Source: Vermamoeba vermiformis
Taxonomy: Eukaryota
Length of the DNA stretch: 64,000 bases
Assembly (NCBI GenBank): GCA_045837725.1
Contig: JBEWZL010000077.1
Location: 620,001-684,000 of the forward strand
Direction: 5' to 3'
The translations under genes and the position numbers were made by a program. How positions within the stretch are numbered: position 1 is the first letter of the stretch; each line of letters opens with the position of its first letter. The notes below the pieces were generated by a model. That model saw only the letters and a program-made list of their open reading frames with translations, was not told where the DNA came from and did no database searches. This document shows, piece after piece, positions 48,929 through 61,246 of this stretch.

Positions 48929-51900
48929 TCACATCTGGTTTCGCGGATAGGCATCTTGCATTGTAGCATTACTATTCACATTAGCACTACTTCGTTGTTG
49001 CATTTGTTGTTGTTGTAACATCATTTGTTGTTGTTGATAAGCAATCATGTCGTTGTATCCCGGCATTGGTTGATTTTGGTTGGATCCGGTCATGTATTGC
49101 GTAATAACCGGTGAGGGCGTGTATTTATCATAGTACCCGTATACGTCTTGCACTTGACCTTGTGATTGTCCTAAAATGACGGTATCGTTAGTTCCAGATC
49201 TTACGCCGTTCACTGAACGGATTAATTCGAATTTATCGTTGTATTCGTTTTTCAGTATTTAGTTTAAGGTAGCTCGTTTTTCTTCGTCATATTGAGAATA
49301 AGACAAATGCCGAAGTCATCATAGAACAAAATAATAACGATAAAACTAAAACTAAAATAATAAAGTCTATTTTTAGCCAGTCAATCAATTTCACATTAAA
49401 TTTTCCGTTCGTTACATACCAAAATTACCGTTCGGTTGTTGCAATGATCGCTGTTGCGTGGATTGTTGTCCAACTGCATTTTGTTGTTGCACGTAGCTTG
49501 CACCAGCGTGCACGAAGTGGTACTCATTCAGCTGCGGCAAGATGATGCCTTGTTCGTATAAAGCTAATTGATGCAAGCACAACTTGGCCATTTCAAAATG
49601 TTGCGCGAAGTACTTCAAAATCTCGCAGACCTGGTTGAGAAGAGTTAGATCTATCTCGAGGTACGAAGGTCTAAAAAAGGAAAAAAACCATTGAAATTTA
49701 AAGTGCGTAAGAATCAATATTACGAGGCGTCCGTGACGAGATGTTAGAAAAACTTACGTGTAGGAATTGTTGATTGCGTCCTCTAACAAAGTAAAGTTGG
49801 CCCAAACAGAAGATCGGATACAGCAAGTAGAAGAATCCGCAGTATGAGATATCAAAAGCTTCAAGAGCCATATTAGCCATCTTCTCAGCGAGATCTAACT
49901 CGTTGATCTTCATATACATAATCGACATAAGACCGTAAAGTCGAATAAGCAATGTTTGCCTGGATGGATGCGCAAATTAGTAAAATTCGATTGAAATCTA
50001 ATTATTATAAGAATGACATTTTTGGTCATTTCTAATTGCGAGAATATATCCGATAATCCGATAGACTTACTTAATGGTCGAATTGGGCAAAGCTACTGCA
50101 GATTGGATGACAGTTCTCATAGCTCCGAGTGCTTGTTGATAGTTCAGGTCTTTTGAAGGGCAGTAAATAACCTCGCAGCAGTACTACAATATCTAGCGTT
50201 AGTACGTCTAAGAGGCTTCAAGACATCTAAAACAAGATCCACGCCCGACACTGGATGTACACGTGCCGTACTTGGCTAGTATGTCTAAATATACTCATAG
50301 CTTGCTATATATGCTTACTCTAATCAACTGGAAGAAGACTTCAAATGGTGAGCCGGTAACTGAAGTGAGCAACAAGGGACCGAAGTGCAAGAAGGCCAGG
50401 TACGAGGTGGATCTACAAACACGAGTTAGAAACACTATCACTTCAGAAACGATCATCATAATAATAATTAATAAAAGGTGCACGATATAATGTAATTATG
50501 GCATTAGGAAGAAATAGAGATAGTTTCAGTCTGCGATCAAGCGACGCCGATTTTACGATTAAAAACTGATTCCTCAGTTGTTTGTAAATGTCTATTATAA
50601 GCCAATATATTATATGCTCGTTGCAAATAAATCATGATTTTGGCCATAAAGAAGTAATTATGAATGGTACGTACTTGTTTCTGTTGATCAAGATCTGAGT
50701 AGCAAAGCTGTGCGCAACAATGTAGTTGACATCAATTTGAGCCTCGATAGTCTCAATCTCCTCAAGCATGCCTTCTCTGTTGCGCTTCCAGAACCAAGTG
50801 TACGAATCCGTAGCGCTCTTTGTAACGGGGGACGCAGATGAACCATTTGTGGCCAGGACCGTGCTAGAATTAGCTGCAGAGCCAGCAGTAGTCTTAGCAG
50901 TAGCCTGACGGTCTTTAGGTGATTGCGGTCCGTTCGGGGAGCTGACAACAGATCCATTTTGGCCCGAAGAACCGAGTTCGCGTTTAATGCCAGTCTTTTG
51001 TTCCTTGCTTTGCAATTCTTTCCATAAGTCGCAGACGCGTTGATGATATTGCTCGACGAGGTCAAAGTTGCCAACAGCCAAGTGGAACACACCCAAGTTG
51101 TGGATGCCTCCCAGGGCGATCTTGTCCTTCATCGCATCCGCATTACTGGCTAATAATGCACTGATAATGAAAAAGTTCTAGTTAGTACATAATATCTTCC
51201 CTAGTCGTGTATACCAAGAAGAAATTTGTTCGCGGTGACTCCACAATTAGAGTTAAATAATCGAAAAAATATCAGCAATGATTACTTGTGGCGATGAAAT
51301 TGCATTGTAATACTAGAAAATAATATACATCACCATAATATAGCATAAACTTACGTAGCGGTATCAATGAACTGCTTGGCTTTGTCCATGTGGCCCAAAA
51401 TTAACGCGCCGTGCGCGAGAATTGTGTTCATCGTCATGGCGCGAGAGAACACTACATAAGACCGTTAGATCAATCATAGGCAACATATGAATAAGGTATA
51501 CAATTAACGAGTTCGTGGGAACTGCGAATGTTCGCGTAATTCGCGTAATTTGTAAAATGCCAAATAAAGAAATCGTTCAGAACGCGAAAATTACGCTCAG
51601 ATCTGCATTAAAGTGTCCGTACCTGAATCATCGATAAATTGCACCAGATCGCTGTATGGCACAGGAACGCCAGTTGTGAAGTAGATAAATTCCTCATATT
51701 TACGGATGTAGTCCCAAAAATCAGCTGATATGCACAAGCGAGCGGCGCTCAACAATTGTTCCAATTTCTGCGCGGAGTAATTATTAGTAACACATATCAC
51801 ATGAGTAAATTATAAACTTCGCTGATTTCGCTGATTGACAAGCGAATCTGAATCAGATTTGATCAATTCAATCGTGTATTGTCGTCATTCATAGGAATTT

Positions 51901-52446
51901 CCATTCAAGCAAGAAGCTCATGAATGAGTCATGCCATCGGAATGCAGTCGGAAATATTCAAAGTTGTGTAACGTTACCTGATGGGATTGCTCGATCTCAG
52001 CTTGGAGTCGCAGGTTATCTTGCTCTAATTCGATATTTTTCTTCGCGCCTTCTTTTACGGTCACTTCGAGCGATTTGACACGATCCTCCAAAAGTGCCTC
52101 AGCTACAAACGAATCGTCAATTCGCGTGCCTATTAGATGGATGCGTAATCTGCAACTTACTTGCGCTGTTGGCATAAGAGCAGGATTTTCCTTTCCCAAC
52201 GCATTGAGAGCAAGGGAATTTACCGTCGCCTAGAATAAACGTAATCGTGAGACAGAATTCGATTTTAGAATTATGAAGATTCGACAAAAATAATTATTCA
52301 ATACTGTTATTTTGTGGATTCTCCTTCTACTTATTGTTTCTGTGCTTACATTTAATATGAAGCTTCTGGCAAATTTTGCAAGCACGAGTCACACGTTGTC
52401 TCTCGTAACTTTCCTTGTCTCTCTCATCTTGACTTTTTGAATCCAT
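48929..52446 (-). CDS. Zn(II)2Cys6 binuclear-cluster transcription factor with coiled coil, helical middle region and Q-rich C-terminus
   Basis: Spliced exons 1-2 give RVTRA-CKICQKLHIKCDGKFPCSQCVGKGKSC (C-x2-C-x6-C-x5-C-x2-C-x6-C), followed by LEDRVKSLE and a QQQQMMLQQQQ tail. Confidence 0.85.
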
Positions 52447-53034
52447 TTTCTGTTGTTATATTTGTTTATCGCTTCGTCTGATATTAATTTTCCGACGTTT
52501 CAATAACTGATTTAAAGCTTGATTGAACGGATTGCACTGCTGCTAATAAATAAATCAATCCTTGGGATGTGACAGCAAAGATCTTAGTATTAGTTTAACG
52601 TTAAATAATAGAACCACCAGCACGAGTGATGTTTCTCCGCTGCGTGGAGAGGTATGAAAATGAATTTATTGGTTTTCTTTCGATTTTATTCATCGAACCA
52701 GGGCCAGCTATGTTTTTCCTTTTATAGTAATTGACATAATTTGAATAAAACGACGACTCATTGACACGATGATGAACTCATGTTACGGTAATTACAAAGG
52801 GCACCCTATCACGATTGAGCGGCAAACGGGTCCAATTTCATGTTCTGTTAACAAATGCGGAGTTTTGTGTTGGCAAAACCTGTAGTTTAAATTGTTAACT
52901 AGATTTTAATGAAACGTATACCATTAATCTCGAGATGATGTGGTTGACGCTGTCAAACAATCAGAATAATCTGATATAGCTAAAAATAGACAATAAGAGA
53001 TAAACCCGGCAAAGTGGCAGTGTCATATTAACGC

Positions 53035-56000
53035 TTATTTTTCTTTATCTTCCGACGCAAACATTTTTGAGTACATTGCTTTGCTCTTTTTGTTGTAATT
53101 TTGTTGTTTTTTCTTCGCTTCTTCAATTAATTTTGGCACCATCGCGTTTTTCGGATCCAGCTCTAATGCTCGTTTGTAATCTTCTAATCCTCGCTCGAAC
53201 TCACCTAACCCAACGAAGCACTGACCTCGTCTATAAATAGCCTAAAACAATAAATAAGCTCCGTTAGCCAAAATCGGTAAAAAGCGTGCACGAGCTCGGA
53301 GATATTGTTTCACGAATAAGCGTGACGGTATATTCCTTTATACCTTATCTTATGCGTTATTATACTTGTATAACGTACCTTGACAGCTTTCTCGTCCAGA
53401 TCTAGCGCTGACTCGCAACAAACTTTGGCCAGTTTCCAGTCCTGTTCTTGAATCTTGCAAGCTGCTTGATTTGATAAGCAAACGCTCTTCACTGCATTGA
53501 GTTTAGCACGATCTGAATCTTCTTTAGGGAACATGTGTCGAAATACATCCAATGCCTAGTTTTTACAAATTATGAAATTAATATTAAAGTATTACAATTT
53601 AATGATATAACCTCATATTACAGTTAAAAATAGCAAATAATACGGTATTGAATAAAGAATGAAATCAGAACGTTTACGGAGGGCACCTCCGTTGACAAGC
53701 ATTGTCCGGCGCGTCAAAATCTGACACTCGCAACGCTAATCTTTCTATATTAAGGGTGAATATTCAAGATATTATCTTTACCTTTTCGTACTTCGCGAAT
53801 GCTTCAGCGTACTTCTTCTCGGTATACAGCTTGTTTCCTTCTTCTTTGATTGCGTTTGCGATGGGCACAAACTCTTCAACTGTAGTGGGCGGCTATAATT
53901 AATAGTGAGTTATGCATAGCTGGTTGCCAAGTACGACTCTCAAAGCTTCGAGATCTGCCGATCGCGAACAAAAAACTAGATCTTGATTCACAAATTGGGA
54001 CGCGATGTGGTAATTTTGTACGTAAAATAGTGCTAATAAAGGAGCAGTGGCACTTACACGTTCAATTTTGACAATTTCCATTTCAAAGCGGAGAGTGGCA
54101 TTTGCCGGGATTTGAGGAGGGCTACGAGCGATAATATGGTTAGTAATGAACGCGAGATATGCAGTTAATATATTATAGATAATCTTTGATTATTTCAAAA
54201 TCATTTCAAAGGAATTTCAGCTTAGATCAGACAAAAAAGTTTTTGGATCTGAGTTTAAGAGCTCGAATCATCAAAAATACACGATGGATATTGAAGAGCA
54301 AATGGACAATATTCAGCCAAACACAGCGTTGGGCGACCAACACTTGGCTATCATTCAGGAGATCTATAAAGTCTTCAGAAAACGACAAGGAGACAGCATT
54401 CTCCATTATTTCAATCCAAATGTCGTTTGGATCACTCACGGAAATGAAGAATACATGCGTACAGTTGGTAATAATATTTTCAGACAGTGTTATGTTAATT
54501 GAAGATGGCACTTAGTTAAAAATTAATTTGACCGGATCTGACTAATTAGATTAAAGGTACGTTTCGTGGAATAAAAGAGGTTGGAGACCATATGACAAGC
54601 TTAAAGAAGGATCTTGATTTTGAAGATGTCAGAATTCAAGAAATTATCGCATCTCTTGACGGCACTCAAGTGATCGGTTACGGCGAGTTTATTTTAGCTT
54701 TGCGTAACAACGTCAGCTATGGTTCAGTAAGTATCAAATTTTCCTGCAAGACACATTCACATTTACCAATTACTTAGTAATTCTGCGTTCACGAATTTGT
54801 ACAGAAAGTTTTTTTGCATTGTTTTTGCCATCCTAGGCAAATCTGTATATCGATGATATCGATCATGCTAATTAATTAAAAAATAGAGGTTTAACAGATT
54901 CGTTGACATTTGGACGTTCGACCCAGAATCACATCTAGTACAGCAAGTGGATGTGTACATCACACCTTACGCAATCGAGTTTCAAGCAGCTTAATCATTG
55001 TATATCAATTTCATATATATATTTAGCAATAAAGATCGCGAGTAATGAATTTCAAGCGCCAAACAGAGGAATAAATTAAAAATACTTCCTGAAATTTCAA
55101 TCATTTTTCTAGCAAATGCGCACGAAAGCAAACGATGCGTATTGTGACGTAAATAAGAAACCAGTTTTGCGACAGTTTTAATACTCAATCAGGCTTAAAC
55201 GAAAGCAACAAACCAATTTTGTGTCAACAGATGGATCTCAAAACCACCAAGCGAGTAAAGAGCTTGTACGAGTGCTTCAAGAAGAAGGACTACGAGAAGA
55301 TTGTGCAACAGGTTGATAGTAACTTTACTTGGTACGCTTTTGGCGGTCATGAATTCAATCCTATTGCTGGTAAGTCTCGGATCCCAATCTGGATCTTACT
55401 TTTCACGAGTAAAATCATTTGCACAATAGTCGATAGATGTAGTGTCGATGTCGGTATAATCAATATCATTTGCGTTGTATATTTGAGTAATTAATGGCGC
55501 TCCAATTCTTTCGAATCAAAGTTTAACCAATTCTTATGCAGGAATCTATCGTGGAAGAATGGGCTTCGAGGACTTGTTCAATATTATCGAAAACACCGTA
55601 TTTTATGAGGACTTCGAGCCTGAGCAGTTCATTCCTTCTGCAGATGGCAAGAAAGTAGTCGTCGTCGGACACACGAAATCCAAATCCAAACTGATTCCAA
55701 ATTCCTCATGGGTATGTATTGATATATATAGAAGCCACTTATTCTTATAGTAATACCGAATATGAATGCAATTGATTGCTTCATAATCAGAATTCGTTTC
55801 AGTTTTGGATGTGATCCAAGCTAGTGTAACCTTAACAACTTACTGATATGCTTCATTAACAGAGAAACGATAAATGGGTGCATATTATACAAATTAACCC
55901 TAAAAGCGAGCTAATAGAAGAGGTTCAAGATTTCTTAACTCCCGACGAAATGACTCCGTCAGCAATTTACGAGTAAAATCTTGCGAACATTGAAACACTA

Positions 56001-56645
56001 GTCTAATTTTTAATTCTGTATAATTGTAAATAAATCTTTGCGGAAGAATAAGATCTTTTCGATTATTGTTGGTCAAAAGATTTCGTTAAAGACGATCCTT
56101 ACCTGCCCAAGGCTCCATAGCCATATTCAGGTTTGCAAATCACTGTAGCCTTTTCATTAAGCCCCATTGTGCTTAGTGCAAGTTCCCAACCACGGATAAC
56201 GCTTCCTACAATGCCAATTCATGTCAGATCGAGGTTTTTACAGGATGCAAATGGCCTGTAACGCTAGCATTATTATATTTACCTTCTCCCATAGTAACGG
56301 GCAAAGGTTCTCCTCGTTCTAAGCTTGAATCCAGCAGTTTGTCTTCAATAAATAATTCGTAATGCACTGCAGAGGTTCAAAAATCAGTAAAAATATGGAA
56401 ATATATTCAAATAATATAGCAAACGGGAATATTGCAAAATAACGTCAATTAGGTAATTTATTGGATCAGCGATCGAAACTTTGGAATTGGAGAAAATACA
56501 ATTATTAAATAATGGTTGCAGCATATTTGTAAATAATATTACCATGCACAATATTTTTTGGTTTAGGGAGGTCGCCCGATCCAGCTTTATGAACCGTTTT
56601 TACGACGCCTTCGTCCTCCGTAATTAGAACAATCTTCTCTTCCAT
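53035..56645 (-). CDS. FKBP-type peptidyl-prolyl isomerase with TPR domain (large immunophilin); contains a 1981-nt intron with nested genes
   Basis: EDEGVVKTVHKAGSG, VHY..DSS, VIRGWE, PEYGYGALG|SPPQIPANATLRFE, TPR segments IKEEGNKLY, LSNQAAC and KAIYRRGQ, and C-terminal MYSKMF. Confidence 0.92.
54284..54994 (+). CDS. SnoaL/NTF2-like domain protein, nested antisense in the FKBP intron (copy 1, 3 exons)
   Basis: IIQEIYKVF..FNPNVVW..|GTFRGIKEV..VIGYG..|FVDIWTFD..VQQVDVY matches the SnoaL-like pattern. Introns are GT-AG and in frame. Confidence 0.75.
55231..55976 (+). CDS. SnoaL/NTF2-like domain protein, nested antisense in the FKBP intron (copy 2, 3 exons)
   Basis: VKSLYECF..D..FTWY..PIA|GIYRGR..FEPEQFI..GKKVVVVG..|WVHII..IEEVQDF, with intron positions equivalent to copy 1. 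Confidence 0.8.
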
Positions 56646-56766
56646 TTTTATATACAACGAATAGTAAGCTTTGTTAGTATTAACAACAAATACGTCAATT
56701 GAAATGTAGGTCAAGCCAAAAAAAGAAAAATTGGACCAATTTTGGTCGGCAAATATTTACAAGGAT

Positions 56767-59010
56767 TTATTCATCGCTATTATTATCTTCATTATCTTCA
56801 TTATCTTCGTTATCTTCATTGGTATTGTTATTACTGCCCTCTTTGGCTTTCTGCTCTTTCTGTTTGATGAATTCTTGCATCACTCTTGACTGCAAGTTCG
56901 GAGGCGTTAAAAAGAACCTATTGATATCGTTCATCATTATCCGCGATGGCCTTGCCTATTAGTATAAGAACATCGTTAGTATCGATCCAAACGAAACGAT
57001 GTAGCGGATCTTACCTCCGGGCAAGATGATGAAATAACGAAGAACAAATTCCTTATCATCTGCTTATCAAACTTCGTTCTAGGCTCAGGCAGCATTTTAA
57101 CTGTAAATAATGTCCATTAGTACTATTATTGCAATAATATTTCGTTACAGATCGGGTCACGTACTGGAATTATCGAAGTACTTGATTATAACAGAGAAAG
57201 CGATGCAAGCAGGAGTATCGATATCTATCACAATAATTAGGCTGCCGTGACTATACTAAAGCATAGTATATGTGGTAGCATACCTTCGTAAGCGTGGATC
57301 AGGATCTTTTTGCCGCTCGAAATTAACGAGAAAACAAACTCAATGGCCTCGGGTAATATCTTCGATAATTTATTCTTATCTTTCTTTCCTCCCTAAAAGA
57401 TAGTAAGTAACGTTGTATTTCATTATTTGGAAGTCTTACTTCAGCAGGCAAGTGCAAATACTTTTTCGCGTTTTCTTTCGTTGATAATTTCTCGTAATTG
57501 TGCATCGAGCAGTTCAGCACTGCATCGAATACTTCCCACACCACTTCTGAAGTGCCTATAAAATAATTCGCTTGAGTATTTTGTGGGCCGGATCCAGATC
57601 TAGATGCGAGATCCAATTTTAGTAATCGTTTTTGTGGGTGTCTTACCTTCAACCGATGCACCAATTGCCATTCCAGAATCACCAATAAAATGAACATTCC
57701 TCAATAGTTCGTCTTTTTCAGTAACTTCGTCTTCATCTTTCGTATTGATATTTTCAACAATGTTCCACTTCTCTTCTTCCAAGATTTCTCGTAAATTTTC
57801 GTAAATATCTTGTTTTGAGCTCAATAACAGATCCGAATTCTCCCAAAATATCTTCGGCGTTAATCCTTCAGCCCAGGACTCGTGATCATCTGCCGCGCCT
57901 TGAATGTACGTGAAGTCTGATTTCTTTTGCATGCCGTCATTAGTCACTCGAGAGACACTTAAGCATATCACAGGTGTGTATGGCGCGTCTAAGCCAAAAC
58001 ATTAATATCATCGTTGTTAAATTTCAAAGTGAATTAAACTTGGCGGATCTGCTATTCTTACCGGCCCAATTGACTTGTAACTCGCTGTTTTTAGTGTCTG
58101 GATTTACGCACATGGCCTTCAAAGGCTTTCTGTTAAAAGAAATGGGGTTAGATCTGTATGTCTGGTTAGATCTTACTTACTTAAGCGCTAATAGTTCGTC
58201 TAATTGGTTCTGTGGTGTCAAGTGCAATACTCCGAGTAACTTTTCTACGAATTTCGGCATTCGTTCTTCAATTTGTGACTTCTCTGAGGCCGAGATCCAT
58301 CGAGGCATGTTGAGTGTTTGCCAGTCATAGTCGTTAGCATTGTCATTGTCATTTTTATTCGTGCTGTTTTCAGTATGTTCTATTTTCAACTGATGCAGAG
58401 TTCTATTGATAACGCAAGTCCAGATCGGGATCGTGCGATTGAAGCTGTCAGGAAAATGTTTTCCTTTTCGCGTAGAATCCACTATAATAGCTCCGCCGTG
58501 TTCGATAGCAATTTTAACGACGGATAAATTGAGTCTGTGAAGCGAGTTTGGGTAAATAAATGTCATTTGTAGATCCAAATCCGTACCTGCTCAAGTTAAA
58601 TTGCCAATGACCATGGTGCCCGTCAGTACTCTATATAGTAAAATATTTAAATGCTCTATCTAGGTTATTAAACACATTGTCTGGAGAGCAATTTACCTTG
58701 AAGTAGCAAGTGTAATCGAATTTCGGGCTGTACCAGAGCCCGCACCGTAAATTGGCTACCAAAGGATAGTTTGTGGGGAATTTACTGCGAATATAATTTT
58801 AGACAATTATTTCAAGCATTTCTCAATTCGGAAAAATTAGTTTAAGATCTGATTTCGGTTCTAATGGGTCTAAAATTGATATATTTACCTTCTAATATTC
58901 TCTAAAAATTCATTGTCTTCAATTATAGACCTTAAAATATTGTACATATTTCTGTCGTCTTTTTTGAGTTGCCGTTGGATCTTTGATATCGACCAATCGT
59001 TCGCCTCCAT
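56767..59010 (-). CDS. RIT1: Initiator tRNA A64 2'-O-phosphoribosyl transferase, multi-exon
   Basis: PLVANLRCGLWY, CYFK|STDGH..W.F, RLNL, GGAIIVDSTRKGK.FPD..TIPIW, YIQGAADDHESWA.GLTP..FW and ARPSR. Confidence 0.93.
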
Positions 59011-59147
59011 TTTAAGTTTGAATTGAGTGTACACGTGGTTTGCAGTTGGCTCAAGAAAAATAAATGCAACACAAAATGAAACTGATTAAACTTTTAAAAA
59101 ACAATTTCGTTCACCACAGGAGCACAGTCCCAACATCAATAATAATA

Positions 59148-61030
59148 ATGGAAACCTTAAAAGAGACAACGGTGAAGTCGAGAGCATTAGGCTCTATTTT
59201 AGGAGCTTGTATCGGTGCGTCGCAACATCCACGTTGTTTCAATGATAATTTGAAACAGCGTATTTTTATTCATAATAACGTTAGTACAGTTTTTTTAGGT
59301 ATTTATAAAATTCTAACAATTTTTCTGTAGGAGACGCTGCTGGAAGTGTCTTAGAAAAATTAGGCCGAAAACCTACGCTGCAAGAAGTGAAGGTATAATT
59401 TCATCTATCTTTTCATTACTGTTTATATAATTTTTAGATGTATTAATCATTAATGCAATTCCAATTTTTTTCTGTCGATCCGAGCTGAAATTTAAAGTTG
59501 AATTGCAGTTAAGCTTACACAATTGTTTCTATGCTAGTATTAATATATATTAGATGGCTATGTGTCTATTAGGAGGTGGAGCATTTCAATTAGCTCCAGG
59601 CCAAGTTACTGACGACGGCGAATTGACTCTTTGCACTGCTCGAGGTCTGATTGATTGTGGCAAGCAATTTAACTTAGAAAAAGTCGCGCATTCGGTATGT
59701 AACACTCGATTCTATATATTTTGGATTATAATTCATTATTTAAAATAATTTTAAGCTTGATTTATTTTTGAGAAGATCTATTTTAAGCCTCGATCCGCCT
59801 TCTAATCCTTTCAAATACCAATAATTTTAACATATTTTTCTTAGTATGCAGAGTGGGTTTTATCTCCACCGTTCGATATGGGCGTTACTATCGGTGGTTC
59901 AATGGGAATTATTTTGATGGGAGAACGCAATCACGTGTTTAAAGAACAAGCGTTGAATGTCGTTGGTTACGCTAAAGGTACATAACAATATACTATATTT
60001 GATCTATATTATTGGTTTTCAAGGAATAATGATCATTCGAGATTGTTTTGAGATTGAGCTGAACGAATCTGTGTTTTTATTTTTAGCTATGCGCTATGCC
60101 GCTCAGTCAGGCGAGGCCAAACTATCAAAATCAAATGGCAGTCTTATGCGCAGCAGTCCTATTGGCATTTATGGTCACAAATTACCGAGCGAACAAGTGG
60201 CGTACATCGCAGGCCTCATTTGTGGCTTATCTCATCCCAATCCTACCGTCATTTACGCCGTACAATCATATTGCATAGCTATTGCTCGGCTAGTAGAAGG
60301 TGTTGCGCCGTTAGAAGCGTTTAATATAACAAAAGAATGGTTGACAGCGAAGGCGCAAGATCCGGGTGCGCAAGAAGTTTTGCAATGGCTAAACGAAGCA
60401 GAAGAGTTTGCTAATGACGCTGCAAATGGAAAAAGAGAGCTAGGAGTGCCAGAACATTTGCACGTGCCTTATCATCCTGGATCTGGATTTGTCCGCATTG
60501 GCTATTATCACGCATTCAAACACTTGTTGATGGGCACACCTATTTACGGTGCCATTGCTGAAGTTATTGCCGGAGGCGGAGACACAGGTAATATTCGTAG
60601 CAATATAATATAATTCTACTAATTGTTTAAACCTCGACATTTTGTTCGCATCCGAACGGATTTGGTTTATGGTCCAAATATTAATTTGTGCTTTAGATAC
60701 AAATGCGTGCATTGTCGGAGGATTAATCGGAGCTGCGCTCGGAGCTGAAAATATCCCAGAAGTATTGAAAAATGTAAGTTTTTAACCAGATCCAAATACA
60801 GATCTAGCAGTTTTAATTTTCGTCGCTCGCTAATACCCTATTTTCAGCCTATATTACACTGTGATCCTGCACGTGGCTCAAAACATCGACCAGATTTCTT
60901 GTACACGAAGCACTTACCTGAGTTAGTGGACAAGTTGCTGGATGTCACACCTGAGGCCGTTGAAATGACGCCATATGAAGATATTCGCGGATTTCCTAAA
61001 ATAGACTTTGCTAAAAAGCCAACGAATTAG
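59148..61030 (+). CDS. ADP-ribosylglycohydrolase (ARH/DraG family), multi-exon
   Basis: GACI|GDAAG, PGQVTDDGELT, SPPFDMG.T, SNGSLMR, SHP and GGD|TDTNACIVG; the acidic metal-ligand motifs are intact. Confidence 0.93.
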
Positions 61031-61246
61031 TTTAAAGATGATAATAAAGCGATAAACCGAATCCAAAAAAATACTTAGCGGATGCGATTTCAGGACAGTC
61101 GTTTTATCGAGGAATAGACAGTGCTATGGTCGAATATGAATGTACTGATAATAATGATCTGAACTGTACGCGTAGTAGTATCTATAATTACATTGTACTG
61201 AGATCCATTCTTTTCGGCTAGATCAGTTAGAGGTGCGACAGGACCT

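Larger units (their letters stand above)
54122..56102 (-). other. 1981-nt host intron of the FKBP gene
   Basis: Donor GTAAG at 56102-56098 and acceptor TAG ending at 54122. Splicing restores the conserved FKBP sequence G-S-P-P-x-I-P-x-N-A-T-L-x-F. Confidence 0.9.

Noticed and set aside
52600-52980. TGATGA- and CTGA-like boxes suggesting C/D snoRNAs
   Set aside because: I could not identify terminal stems or rRNA-complementary guides; this is more simply promoter/3' UTR sequence. A snoscan or Infernal run would decide.
53676-53692. Hairpin ACGGAGG-GCA-CCTCCGT in an FKBP intron
   Set aside because: A 7-bp stem is expected by chance in 64 kb, and there is no supporting ncRNA or transposon context.
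56770-56835. Short tandem 9-nt repeat (ATTATCTTC-like)
   Set aside because: It encodes the low-complexity acidic NED tail of RIT1 and is not an independent element.
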